DNA from: Shigella phage ESh27
DNA length: 64,000 nt
Sequence record: ON528737
Direction: 5' to 3' (one strand)
The position numbers were made by a program, and so were the translations under genes. Under the pieces are notes generated by a model. The model was given only the letters and a program-made list of their open reading frames with translations, did not search any database and had not been told where the DNA came from. Of this stretch, positions 38,543 to 47,374 are shown piece after piece; positions within the stretch are counted from its first letter, which is position 1; every line of letters begins with the position of its first letter.

Positions 38543-38730
38543 GCAAATTAACTAAAATTACTTTTATTGGCTGGTTTAAAAGCGGTGAGATGTTCACTAA
38601 AGATATCATGTTATCAGGTGATCGTGAAGAAATCGAGTGGGTTACGGTACAACTTGCTGAAGTGAACAACGCATTAGTTAAAGCATTTGTTAATGACGAG
38701 AAAGTTTTTGAAGCAGACTTCAGAGGTTAA
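38539..38730 (+). CDS. dmd: Dmd antitoxin (inhibitor of RnlA/LsoA-type toxins)
   Basis: 63 aa; matches remembered T4 Dmd (GWFK...MFTK...AEVNxALVKAF). Confidence 0.75.
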   Translation: MSKLTKITFIGWFKSGEMFTKDIMLSGDREEIEWVTVQLAEVNNALVKAFVNDEKVFEADFRG

Positions 38731-38731
38731 T

Positions 38732-38944
38732 ATGTATTCAACTGTGTTTAAACCATCAACATACGAATTTGCATCAACTACACAATGGAAAGCTCTTATT
38801 CTGGAAGGATGGGAACTAATGATGGACTGTGAAGCATCTGAAAAGTTTCCACACGGCAAAGTGGACTTCGTTAAATTTGCTGTACGTCCGACTAAACGTC
38901 AGATTCGTCAAGAAAAACGCAAATTTCGCAAAAGTTTAAAATAG
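38732..38944 (+). CDS. hypothetical small basic protein
   Basis: 70 aa; C-terminal VRPTKRQIRQEKRK tail, paralogous to ORF 10758..10928. Confidence 0.45.
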   Translation: MYSTVFKPSTYEFASTTQWKALILEGWELMMDCEASEKFPHGKVDFVKFAVRPTKRQIRQEKRKFRKSLK

Positions 38945-38946
38945 CT

Positions 38947-38976
38947 GTTTACAAGCACCACATACTGTGTTACTAT
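38947..38976 (+). promoter_or_regulatory. early-type promoter
   Basis: GTTTAC-N18-TACTAT. Confidence 0.45.
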
Positions 38977-39004
38977 CTTTCTATCAACTACAGAGGAAAT
39001 TGAA

Positions 39005-39373
39005 ATGAAAAAATTAATCGCTTTAGCAATGGTATTTGGATTAACCGGATGTGGTGCTCATGGCTTTATCCCTAATAATGTCGGCCAATTGATTTATAAC
39101 CCGAATGTTAAACAGTACAACCAACCTAAAGTTGAAGTGGAAGACCCGGTTACTGTAGGTAATCGAATGATTCAAGCTGATGCCCATGCTCAACGTTATC
39201 GTGATTCTGATACTGTAGCATTGACAAAAGAACAACGCGTTAAAGAACATTGCTTACAGGCTACCGAAATCGCATTCATTCGCTATGTTGAAACAACTGG
39301 TAAAGAGCCTACCCAGAAACAAATCGCGAATAACTACGTCCAGTGTATTGAACGTTTAAACAAATTTAATTAA
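39005..39373 (+). CDS. hypothetical lipoprotein
   Basis: 122 aa; signal peptide with lipobox LTGC. Confidence 0.55.
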   Translation: MKKLIALAMVFGLTGCGAHGFIPNNVGQLIYNPNVKQYNQPKVEVEDPVTVGNRMIQADAHAQRYRDSDTVALTKEQRVKEHCLQATEIAFIRYVETTGKEPTQKQIANNYVQCIERLNKFN

Positions 39374-39376
39374 TTG

Positions 39377-39406
39377 GTTTACGCCAAAGTTAAAACAAGA
39401 TACTAT
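39377..39406 (+). promoter_or_regulatory. early-type promoter
   Basis: GTTTAC-N18-TACTAT. Confidence 0.4.
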
Positions 39407-39434
39407 AAACATAACAAATCAAGAGGAAATTAAC

Positions 39435-39683
39435 ATGGAATTATTCGTAGCTAGTTCAGTAGCAGTTTTAATCGCAGGTATTGGTTCAATCATCATTTAC
39501 ATGTTGCCTTGGGTAATCGCACTTATTCGTGGCACAAAAAGCACAACAGCAATCTTCTTTGTATCTTTGCTCTTTAACTGGACGATGGTTGGTTGGATTG
39601 GAACTTTAATTTGGTCTATCGTTGCCGAAAAGAAATCTGCTCAGCAGCCTCAACAAGTAATTATTATTCGCGAAAAAGAATAA
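39435..39683 (+). CDS. Imm-like superinfection immunity membrane protein
   Basis: 82 aa, two TM helices; PWVIALIRG...LLFNWTMVGWIGTLIW fits the Imm family pattern. Confidence 0.6.
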   Translation: MELFVASSVAVLIAGIGSIIIYMLPWVIALIRGTKSTTAIFFVSLLFNWTMVGWIGTLIWSIVAEKKSAQQPQQVIIIREKE

Positions 39684-39687
39684 ACTT

Positions 39688-39717
39688 GTTTACATTATAG
39701 ATGGACTATAGTATAGT
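39688..39717 (+). promoter_or_regulatory. early-type promoter within stem-loop
   Basis: GTTTAC-N18-TATAGT; ggacta/tagtcc inverted repeat. Confidence 0.5.
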
Positions 39718-39746
39718 AGTCCTATCAAATCAACTAAGGAGTTAAA

Positions 39747-40040
39747 ATGAAAAAGTTATCATTGGCAGCAATCTTACTTGCAGTATCGTGTGCACCGGCT
39801 CCAGTTACAGCAGGTTATGATAAAGACCTCTGTGAGTGGTCAATGACTGCAAATCAAGAAGATGTTGAACAACAAATCTTCTCTGATATCATGAACATCA
39901 CTAAACGAGACCGTCCTAATATGGTTAATAAAGTTGTTGAACAACTTAAGTCTGGCGGTATCATGCAGTACAACTATGTTTTGTATTGTGACCCTAATTT
40001 CGATAACAAAGATATCATAACCGAAATCACAGGTGAATAA
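39747..40040 (+). CDS. sp: Spackle (periplasmic superinfection exclusion protein)
   Basis: 97 aa with signal peptide; AGYDKDLCEWSMTA...QYNYVLYCD matches remembered T4 Sp. Confidence 0.7.
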   Translation: MKKLSLAAILLAVSCAPAPVTAGYDKDLCEWSMTANQEDVEQQIFSDIMNITKRDRPNMVNKVVEQLKSGGIMQYNYVLYCDPNFDNKDIITEITGE

Positions 40041-40041
40041 T

Positions 40042-40692
40042 ATGATTTATTATATGCACAAAAACGCGCCATTTAAATATGGTAAATTTCCTAATGCACA
40101 ATGTTATAATATAACGCCGAATGAAAATAATAACGGATACCATATTGGTGTAATTTTTGTAATTGTTAAAGATAACGAAATCGTTGCCTGGGCAGATTTT
40201 AAAGGTACAACGTATGACGTTAATCCGGTTCCGTTCACATATTATAATTTAATGGATTTGGCATACGACTATAATTGGTTTACTCATGATACTCTGGCAC
40301 ATGTTGAAGGCGTAGGATTTGACATCTCTTATTCTAGTTATTCATTATGTCCTATGAGCCGAGCTCACGGTAAAGATGTATCATATCTTTCAATTCGGAA
40401 ACGTGTAAACTTCAAACGTAGTACAGAGTATGTTGGTGGACTCTTTGTTAAAGATAATAAAATAACCCGTATTAGTTATCCTTTAAGTGTAGGTCAAAAA
40501 GATGTTGATGTTGATTTAGACTTAACTGAAAATAACATTAATCACATTGCTTCTGTATATTTTGATATCGATGAAAAAATTGTAGTGTGTGGATACGAAT
40601 TACCACCTGAAGAAAAGGCTGAAGCAATTGAAGTCGAATTAGAAATTTCTGTTGATGACCAAATATTTAATGCATTTATGAATCGAGGTTAA
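40042..40692 (+). CDS. hypothetical protein
   Basis: 216 aa; start at ATG 2 nt after sp stop. Confidence 0.55.
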   Translation: MIYYMHKNAPFKYGKFPNAQCYNITPNENNNGYHIGVIFVIVKDNEIVAWADFKGTTYDVNPVPFTYYNLMDLAYDYNWFTHDTLAHVEGVGFDISYSSYSLCPMSRAHGKDVSYLSIRKRVNFKRSTEYVGGLFVKDNKITRISYPLSVGQKDVDVDLDLTENNINHIASVYFDIDEKIVVCGYELPPEEKAEAIEVELEISVDDQIFNAFMNRG

Positions 40693-40693
40693 A

Positions 40694-40891
40694 ATGACTA
40701 CTGCAATTTGCACTGGTTCTAAAATTAGTGTTTTTACAAGTTTTGAAGATTATGAAGTTGTTTCAAAACACCAATGCCATATTAGCGTAAAAGCTAATGA
40801 TGGTGTAATTTGGAATATTCCACACTATGAAGACACTACATATGAAGTCACAGATGCGAACGGTGATAAAGCGATCTTTGTGATTGATTAA
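40694..40891 (+). CDS. hypothetical protein
   Basis: 65 aa. Confidence 0.45.
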   Translation: MTTAICTGSKISVFTSFEDYEVVSKHQCHISVKANDGVIWNIPHYEDTTYEVTDANGDKAIFVID

Positions 40892-40910
40892 ATATACTCA
40901 GGAGGTACCT

Positions 40911-41378
40911 ATGGGTATTATTAACACTGCAATAGATTCAGTTTATGCATATAAGTTTATTCGACTAATGCAAAAACCTTTTACAGAATGGAAAGCGTAC
41001 GAAGCCAAAATAATCGACGAACGTGGAAGTGTTCTTAAACGTCCTTCTACTCCCGAAGAGAAAGCGGCTTATACACCTTTTCATGCTTCAGTTCGTTCAA
41101 TGAAGCGAATGATGAGCACTGTTCCAGGACTTAATGGAATGGCCTCAATGATGTCTGCCTGGAGTGCTGTAGCATCCCGCTATAACATTACAGAAGAACA
41201 GCAGAAAGAAATATTTAAAGAACTCCCTTTATTTGAGGATATGGTGGCTGGTGATTCAGGTGGCAGTCCTCAAGCTATTGCATCAGGAACAACTACAGGT
41301 GCAGTCGTAAATAAAGGTCCAGAACAAATTCCTTCCAAGAAAAGAAAGCGAATTAAAGTAAATATCAATAAGTTGTGA
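40911..41378 (+). CDS. hypothetical protein
   Basis: 155 aa; AGGAGGT SD; basic C-terminus. Confidence 0.5.
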   Translation: MGIINTAIDSVYAYKFIRLMQKPFTEWKAYEAKIIDERGSVLKRPSTPEEKAAYTPFHASVRSMKRMMSTVPGLNGMASMMSAWSAVASRYNITEEQQKEIFKELPLFEDMVAGDSGGSPQAIASGTTTGAVVNKGPEQIPSKKRKRIKVNINKL

Positions 41379-41417
41379 TATGATGGCCTTATTAATTTAA
41401 GGCCTCTGGAGAATACT

Positions 41418-42440
41418 ATGGCTGAATGGATAGATAATGAATTTGCTTATCGTGCGTTTTCTCACCTCCCTCGTTTTAGACAAATCAATAATTCAAGCAC
41501 ATTTAAATTAACATTTCGTTGTCCAGTTTGTGGCGACTCTCAGACAGATGCAATGAAAGCTCGCGGATGGTATTATGGCGGTACTCCAGGTAATGTGCAT
41601 TGCTATAACTGCCAATATCATAATACGATTTCCGGATACTTAAAAGAGTATGATGAAGAGCTTTATCGCGAATATCTAATGGAAGTACGTAAAGAAAAAG
41701 CTAGAATGGAACCAAAGATTGAAAAGGTTCCTGAACATAAACCAGAACCGGAGAAAAAGACTATAAATTCTTTGCCGTCTTGTTCTCGTCTGGACAAGTT
41801 GCCTGAAGAGCATCCTATTGTGAAATATGTTAAGTCTCGTTGTATTCCTAAAGAATCGTGGAACAGATTATGGTTCACATTAGAATGGCCTAAATTGGTT
41901 AACAAGATTCAACCTGGTACGTATAAGAAAGAGATTCCTGAACCGCGTTTAGTGATACCTATTTTTAATAAAGACGGGAAGGCTGAGTCATTTCAAGGAC
42001 GTGCACTTCGCAAAGATGCTCCTCAAAAATATATCACTATTAAAGCTTTTGAATCTGCAACAAAAATTTATGGTGTTGAACGTGTTAAGGAAGGAGACGT
42101 CTGGGTAATGGAAGGCCCTATTGATAGTTTATTCATACCCAATGCAATCGCTATTACAGGCGGCTCAATAGATTTAGATGTGGTACCATTTAAAGAACGT
42201 CGGGTATGGGTAATGGATAATGAACCTAGGCATCCGGATACTATAGCTCGTATGAAGCGATTAGTAGATGCAGGCGAACGTGTTATGTTCTGGGATAGAG
42301 CTCCATGGAGATCAAAGGATGTGAATGATATGGTAATGAAAGAAAATGCAACACCACAAGAAATTTTAGAATATATGAAACAGAATATTTCAAGTGGGTT
42401 GCATGCTAAAATGAGATTATCTCGTTATTCGAAGATTTAA
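41418..42440 (+). CDS. 61: DNA primase gp61
   Basis: 340 aa; N-terminal zinc ribbon CPVCGDS...CYNC and TOPRIM region. Confidence 0.85.
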   Translation: MAEWIDNEFAYRAFSHLPRFRQINNSSTFKLTFRCPVCGDSQTDAMKARGWYYGGTPGNVHCYNCQYHNTISGYLKEYDEELYREYLMEVRKEKARMEPKIEKVPEHKPEPEKKTINSLPSCSRLDKLPEEHPIVKYVKSRCIPKESWNRLWFTLEWPKLVNKIQPGTYKKEIPEPRLVIPIFNKDGKAESFQGRALRKDAPQKYITIKAFESATKIYGVERVKEGDVWVMEGPIDSLFIPNAIAITGGSIDLDVVPFKERRVWVMDNEPRHPDTIARMKRLVDAGERVMFWDRAPWRSKDVNDMVMKENATPQEILEYMKQNISSGLHAKMRLSRYSKI

Positions 42441-42634
42441 ACAAGCCCTATAATAGCAAAGGCCAAATCAACTACAGTATCCAACGGAACAGAAGGAACT
42501 ATAACACCATTAGCAACTAACACCGGTGCAATCCCGAAGTTCCATGAAATAATGCCACCTACAACTATTGCAGCGATAGCAGTTTTCTTTTTATTGCCTT
42601 TAATAGCGTTGATTAACGATGGAAGTTTAAACAT
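42437..42634 (-). CDS. hypothetical small membrane protein (opposite strand)
   Basis: 65 aa, two hydrophobic helices; strong AAGGAGA SD 5 nt upstream on minus strand; convergent with gene 61. Confidence 0.45.
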   Translation of the reverse strand: MFKLPSLINAIKGNKKKTAIAAIVVGGIISWNFGIAPVLVANGVIVPSVPLDTVVDLAFAIIGLV

Positions 42635-42723
42635 AATATCTCCTTAGTTACCTTATTATTTATTACGCTTTATAAAATTAATGTTAGAATTAACTCTCTT
42701 ATACTGAATTGAAAGGAAAAATA

Positions 42724-43245
42724 ATGGCACACTTTAACGAATGTTCACAACTTATTTCTGGTGTTGATAAAGCAGAAGAAGCTTATTTTAATGCTCTGAT
42801 TCACGAAGATAAAGACCCACTGCAGGTAATGCTTGATATGCAGAAATCTTTACAGGTTCGTCTGGCGAATGACAAGCCTGAACATAACAAACATCCTGAT
42901 GAATTGGCCACTGCTGGCGATGTTGTTGATTGGCTGCGTAATCAGAAAGATTATATTGATGATGAATTCCGTGAACTGCTGACTTCACTTGGTGGTATGA
43001 GCAATGGTGAAAAAGCTGCCAGCAGTGTATGGAAGCCTTGGAAAGCACAACATGCTGAATTCCGTAATCGTCGTATTGATGAGTTGTCTCCTGAAGACCA
43101 GCTCGAAATTAAATTTGAGATGATTGATATCCTGCACTTTGTTCTGAACATGTTCCATGGCCTTGGACTGACTGCAGAAGAAATCTTTAAACTGTATTAC
43201 CTGAAAAACGCCGAGAACTTTGCTCGTCAGGACCGAGGTTATTAA
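42724..43245 (+). CDS. 56: dCTP pyrophosphatase gp56
   Basis: 173 aa; matches remembered T4 gp56 (MAHFNEC...DPLQVMLDMQ...EIFKLYYLKN.ENFARQD). Confidence 0.85.
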   Translation: MAHFNECSQLISGVDKAEEAYFNALIHEDKDPLQVMLDMQKSLQVRLANDKPEHNKHPDELATAGDVVDWLRNQKDYIDDEFRELLTSLGGMSNGEKAASSVWKPWKAQHAEFRNRRIDELSPEDQLEIKFEMIDILHFVLNMFHGLGLTAEEIFKLYYLKNAENFARQDRGY

Positions 43246-43526
43246 TGTCTCGTTTAAATAAACGTCAGCTTAAGAAAGCTCGTAAGAAGCATATTAATGC
43301 TATAATTGAAAACGCTAATGTTGAAATCTTTGTAGAACTCTTAGCCAATCAACTAAAAAATTTATCTAAACAAGAAATTGATATGAATACTGAAAATGCT
43401 AAAAATGTAATCGAAACTCATAATGTTTTTGCTCAAGCTACAGCCGAATACATTGCTAATCCTACTGCTGAAAATCTAGCTAAAATGACTGAAGCCAATA
43501 AAGCAGTCCAAGCTGCTAAATTGTAA
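43245..43526 (+). CDS. hypothetical protein
   Basis: 93 aa; basic N-terminus. Confidence 0.5.
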   Translation: MSRLNKRQLKKARKKHINAIIENANVEIFVELLANQLKNLSKQEIDMNTENAKNVIETHNVFAQATAEYIANPTAENLAKMTEANKAVQAAKL

Positions 43527-43528
43527 GT

Positions 43529-43536
43529 TATAAATA
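43529..43536 (+). promoter_or_regulatory. T4-type late promoter (TATAAATA)
   Basis: exact TATAAATA about 30 nt upstream of soc. Confidence 0.55.
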
Positions 43537-43567
43537 CACCTGTAATTAAACAACAAAGGAGTTTATT

Positions 43568-43804
43568 ATGGGTGGTTTCGTTAATATCAAAACCTTCACG
43601 CATCCAGCTGGTGAAGGTAAAGAAGTTAAAGGTATGGAAGTTTCTGTTCCGTTTGAGATTTATTCAAACGAACATCGGATTGCAGATTCTCATTACCAAA
43701 TCTTTCCATCAGAAAAGGCAGCTTATTCTGATGTCGTTTCTGATGCAGCAACTTGGAAAACTAAGAACGCCGCAATGTTTACCCCTACACCAGTAAGCGG
43801 TTAA
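43568..43804 (+). CDS. soc: small outer capsid protein Soc
   Basis: 78 aa; VNIKTF...HYQIFPSEKAAYS matches remembered T4 Soc. Confidence 0.8.
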   Translation: MGGFVNIKTFTHPAGEGKEVKGMEVSVPFEIYSNEHRIADSHYQIFPSEKAAYSDVVSDAATWKTKNAAMFTPTPVSG

Positions 43805-43812
43805 ATAATTTA

Positions 43813-43837
43813 AGGAATCCTTCGGGATTCCTTTTTT
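43813..43837 (+). terminator. rho-independent terminator (UUCG loop)
   Basis: ggaatccttcgggattcc followed by TTTTTT. Confidence 0.6.
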
Positions 43838-43847
43838 CGTTTCTAGA

Positions 43848-43877
43848 GTTTACAACCACTAAAAACTGTGTTAAGAT
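43848..43877 (+). promoter_or_regulatory. early-type promoter
   Basis: GTTTAC-N18-TAAGAT. Confidence 0.4.
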
Positions 43878-43905
43878 ATTCTTACCTACTCAAGAGGAGA
43901 ACAAT

Positions 43906-44133
43906 ATGTTAAATCGTTGGATTAAACCTAATAACACATTAGGTGCTTTGATTGCTCAAGAAGTTTCGTTGAAATACGGTCTTGGATATTACGATGATGT
44001 AGTCGTACACTCATTCATGATGGATGGTGAAGACGTCAAATTTAATGCCGAAATCCGTTGGGATGATGGTGGTGTTCGTTTTGTTCGAGGAACAATTAAT
44101 GCTTACGATACTGAAGAAGTTATTTGCTGTTAA
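43906..44133 (+). CDS. hypothetical protein
   Basis: 75 aa; AAGAGGAGAA SD. Confidence 0.45.
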   Translation: MLNRWIKPNNTLGALIAQEVSLKYGLGYYDDVVVHSFMMDGEDVKFNAEIRWDDGGVRFVRGTINAYDTEEVICC

Positions 44134-44146
44134 ACCAGGCGAAGGT

Positions 44147-44335
44147 ATGATGCCTATTCCTGATACACACGAAAAAAGTTGGGAATACATTGGTGACGGC
44201 ATGATGGAAGAAGTTATTCGTCCTAAGTCTGCTTCAAGCTCTTCAAGTTATAATCATTCATACGTATCGTCTTGGCCTGGTGATTCTGGGACAAGTTATT
44301 CTGATTGTGGTTCAAGCTCAGGGAGCTGTGAATGA
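44147..44335 (+). CDS. hypothetical protein (Ser-rich C-terminus)
   Basis: 62 aa; internal start of track ORF 44024..44335. Confidence 0.4.
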   Translation: MMPIPDTHEKSWEYIGDGMMEEVIRPKSASSSSSYNHSYVSSWPGDSGTSYSDCGSSSGSCE

Positions 44336-44511
44336 ACAGAATAGTAAAATGGTTTAAAAGCTTGAATGATGGAGTCGGACCGGAAGATTGGTTAGATGTT
44401 TTTGAAGAGAAAATGGTCAAAGAACTCCAGAAACATGAAGAAAAGCTCGTCGAAGATGAAGGCGAACGTATTGTAAAACTTTATATGGGTGAACCATTGA
44501 GGAAATTATAA
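44332..44511 (+). CDS. hypothetical protein
   Basis: 59 aa; ATGA overlap; read by eye. Confidence 0.35.
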   Translation: MNRIVKWFKSLNDGVGPEDWLDVFEEKMVKELQKHEEKLVEDEGERIVKLYMGEPLRKL

Positions 44512-44975
44512 TGGATGCTATGTTATTTAAAATGTATTTGCTTGAAGCCAAGTCATTTAAACATATACCAGTAGAAGATAAGACTCCACTAGAAATAGCT
44601 ATTCTCATTAACAAAAGTCTAAATAATCCGCAATATATCGTAGAAGAATTCTGTAAATTGCAGATTCCTAAAGGTTACAAAATTCGTGTAGAGCGAGTTG
44701 GAGCTATTACTCATTCTAAAAATTCTCCATTTAGTCTTGAAGAAGGCATAAAGGATTTAGGGTACGAATCTACAGAAAATGCTGTTTATGTGAATCCTGA
44801 AAAGCGTTTAGACCTGTTTGAAAAGCGAGACCATAAGTATTTTGCCAAAAAATACTTTATTACATCATTAGCAGATTTAACCCATTTGCAACGAGCTATT
44901 TGGAAATTTTTTAAGACAAAAGGTGTAGCACTAGAAACATTCTCTGAACCTGCTAGTTTTTATCTCGGTGAATAA
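44511..44975 (+). CDS. hypothetical protein
   Basis: 154 aa; TAATG overlap. Confidence 0.55.
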   Translation: MDAMLFKMYLLEAKSFKHIPVEDKTPLEIAILINKSLNNPQYIVEEFCKLQIPKGYKIRVERVGAITHSKNSPFSLEEGIKDLGYESTENAVYVNPEKRLDLFEKRDHKYFAKKYFITSLADLTHLQRAIWKFFKTKGVALETFSEPASFYLGE

Positions 44976-45156
44976 TATGGACCTTATGAGTATGTTTGAC
45001 GAGCCTGAAGTTGAGGCTCCTAAAGTGCATCGTAGTGAACTTGTTGATGAACTAGATAGTATTATACAACGTCATGGCTTTAGTTTACCATTAGAAGTCC
45101 TGAAAGACCTAGCCTCTTATTATGACGACCCGCCACCATGGAGTCCTTGGAAATGA
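44968..45156 (+). CDS. hypothetical acidic protein
   Basis: 62 aa. Confidence 0.45.
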   Translation: MNNMDLMSMFDEPEVEAPKVHRSELVDELDSIIQRHGFSLPLEVLKDLASYYDDPPPWSPWK

Positions 45157-45305
45157 AAGAGCAATTCTTAGTGGAAACCAAGAAAAAGGACTTTGAGATA
45201 TGGTATCGAATGGTGAAAGGGTTGGCATTGCTTCTTAAAGCATCACCATTCATGTTAGAACAACCTGGTCCTGATGGTCCTTTAGTCGGAAAGCTTAAAA
45301 AGTAG
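45153..45305 (+). CDS. hypothetical small protein
   Basis: 50 aa; ATGA overlap; read by eye. Confidence 0.3.
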   Translation: MKEQFLVETKKKDFEIWYRMVKGLALLLKASPFMLEQPGPDGPLVGKLKK

Positions 45306-45333
45306 TTTACAACCCCTCCTCTTATGTTATGAT
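45305..45333 (+). promoter_or_regulatory. early-type promoter
   Basis: GTTTAC-N17-TATGAT. Confidence 0.45.
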
Positions 45334-45360
45334 AGACTTATCTTTAAACGGAGGTCTATC

Positions 45361-45495
45361 ATGACATGTCAATCTGAACAAGAGTACATGGTCTCGGGTA
45401 TCTCTAAATTTGAGATTGTGGAAATTGAAGACTTAGAATATATCCCTTTATCTCGATTATACAAAATCATTCATTTGAAAATGTTGAATTTTTAG
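45361..45495 (+). CDS. hypothetical small protein
   Basis: 44 aa; GGAGGT SD; read by eye. Confidence 0.3.
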   Translation: MTCQSEQEYMVSGISKFEIVEIEDLEYIPLSRLYKIIHLKMLNF

Positions 45496-45524
45496 TGTAC
45501 AAACTCTTCCGATGATGATACTAT
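45496..45524 (+). promoter_or_regulatory. early-type promoter
   Basis: TGTACA-N17-TACTAT. Confidence 0.45.
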
Positions 45525-45552
45525 ACCTTTATCAACCATAGGAGAAACCTAA

Positions 45553-46161
45553 ATGTTTATGCCGTATAACGAGTGTGAAATTGAAGAAATGGTTCGTCGT
45601 GCTCAAAACCCCGAATATCAAGATGTATTGCAGTACGAAATTGATAGTCAATTCAGCGACATTGAACAAAGTATACTGTGGCAGTGTATGGAAAACAAGC
45701 CAGACTGTATTCAACAGGAGTTAAGTTCAATCGTTCGTAGAAATTGGTCGTCTTCTGTTCCTGAGACAATGTATCGTGGAATCTCTAAGAAAACTATGGC
45801 CACACTCGATGATAAAGGCATTGGTAGTATTATTAAATTTGACAGAGTAATGAGCTTCAGCCCAGTGTTTGGTGTAGCACGTAACTTCGCTTCGTATAAT
45901 TTTTATGGAACATTTAATATGTTCTGTATCAAAGATGCACCATTTGCTTTCAACTTCCGTGAACATATGCTTAATATGATTCTGGCTGCGCCATCTTGTG
46001 AGTTCAATGGAGCTTTCCCTGAAGCGACAAGACGGTCTAATGCTAGACTTATATCTGACGAATGTGAATTTATGCTCCCTATAGGGACTACACTGCGTGT
46101 AGATTCTATTATTCAAGATGGAAATTATACAATCTGGAATCTGATTATTGTCAGTTACTGA
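45553..46161 (+). CDS. ADP-ribosyltransferase, ModA/ModB-like (putative)
   Basis: 202 aa; R (MYRGIS), S-x-S (MSFSPV) and E-x-E (DECEF) spaced like R-S-E class ARTs; located between soc and dda as modA/modB in T4. Confidence 0.6.
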   Translation: MFMPYNECEIEEMVRRAQNPEYQDVLQYEIDSQFSDIEQSILWQCMENKPDCIQQELSSIVRRNWSSSVPETMYRGISKKTMATLDDKGIGSIIKFDRVMSFSPVFGVARNFASYNFYGTFNMFCIKDAPFAFNFREHMLNMILAAPSCEFNGAFPEATRRSNARLISDECEFMLPIGTTLRVDSIIQDGNYTIWNLIIVSY

Positions 46162-46313
46162 CTGGATTGGAATAACCGGATGGAACTCAGAACCATTATA
46201 ACACATAAAAAATTAAAGCATTTTACGAAAAAAGAGTGTACACTACCTGAGGGCATGATATTATAAGCTTATCAGCTAAATGACCTAACGTCCGTAAGAC
46301 AGAGGAAAATATT

Positions 46314-47060
46314 ATGTTATCAAATAATAAAATTAACAAAATCAATCGTCGTCTTGACCACACCAGAGCTTCTGCGAAGAGACGCTCTAAGGATTTTAAC
46401 TTAGACTTTAATTACCTTAAAAACATTCTTGATCAAAAGGTCTGCGCTTACTCAGGTGAATCTTTCAATAACTCTGTTGAAGGTGAGAAATTATCCTTAG
46501 AACGTTTTAATAACGATATCGGCTACATTAAAGGTAATGTTATCCCTGTTAAGAAAAAATATAATACGGCTCGTTCTGATTTAACATTAGAAGAACTTAT
46601 TGAGAAACGTGACGCTATTGCAAGACGTATCGCTAATCCTTCTGTCCGTAAAGTAGAGAAACTTAATCTTGATGAGAAGAAATGGGCCCAAATTAAAAAG
46701 GTTTATGGTACTATTTTAAAAATCCGAGCAAAACGTGAAAATCGTGTTAAGCATATGGCTAACATGATGAAAAATCAACCTTTATCTAACGAATCTAAAC
46801 TTAGAATTGTTGCTTTGAAGGCACGCATTAATGGCTCACATCAAGCGGAAGGCCATGAACTTACTAAACTCAACGTTCTTCTTAAAGGCTCTGACTGGAA
46901 AACTAAAACTAAATTAACTGACGCTGAATCGCTTTTCGATACATATGATAAAGTTATCCAAGGTTTGCAACGTTTTGAAAAGATTGGTTTCATTGGTAAA
47001 TTAAAATTGAAACGTGGCTTACCACTTAGCGCATCATTATTCCAACTGATTAAAGGTTAA
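46314..47060 (+). CDS. hypothetical protein (Srd position by synteny)
   Basis: 248 aa between Mod-like gene and dda; contains LERFNNDIGYIKGNV segment; identity not confirmed. Confidence 0.4.
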   Translation: MLSNNKINKINRRLDHTRASAKRRSKDFNLDFNYLKNILDQKVCAYSGESFNNSVEGEKLSLERFNNDIGYIKGNVIPVKKKYNTARSDLTLEELIEKRDAIARRIANPSVRKVEKLNLDEKKWAQIKKVYGTILKIRAKRENRVKHMANMMKNQPLSNESKLRIVALKARINGSHQAEGHELTKLNVLLKGSDWKTKTKLTDAESLFDTYDKVIQGLQRFEKIGFIGKLKLKRGLPLSASLFQLIKG

Positions 47061-47062
47061 TT

Positions 47063-47374
47063 ATGGTTTATGTATATGCAATAGTTTATCGAGATATGGA
47101 AGGATTTACTGTCCCGGTTCCTCTTGATGAATATCGTCCTGCAGTATTTTTTAGAAAGGATATTGCAGATAAAGTTTTCGATACTTTGAAAACACAGTAT
47201 AAAACAGATTTAAAAATGGGAGTTCTAAGAATGGTTGAAACTCCGCGTAAGTTCTGGTTTAATAAGCTTGAAATGAAACACGTTAAACTAGATGCGGAGA
47301 CGCAAAGATTGTATCAACGAATTCTAGATACCGGCCGTATTGTTAGTATTCCAATTGCAGGGACTTTACGATGA
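47063..47374 (+). CDS. hypothetical protein
   Basis: 103 aa; stop overlaps dda start. Confidence 0.5.
   Translation: MVYVYAIVYRDMEGFTVPVPLDEYRPAVFFRKDIADKVFDTLKTQYKTDLKMGVLRMVETPRKFWFNKLEMKHVKLDAETQRLYQRILDTGRIVSIPIAGTLR

Noticed and set aside
45727-46206. 159-aa minus-strand ORF
   Set aside because: Antisense to the Mod-like ADP-ribosyltransferase gene, which has recognisable motifs; no SD.
46314-47060. Possible HNH-type homing endonuclease
   Set aside because: The segment LERFNNDIGYIKGNV loosely resembles some HNH-family motifs, but there is no catalytic His or zinc-binding Cys pattern, and the gene sits where T4 has srd with matching length; left as hypothetical.
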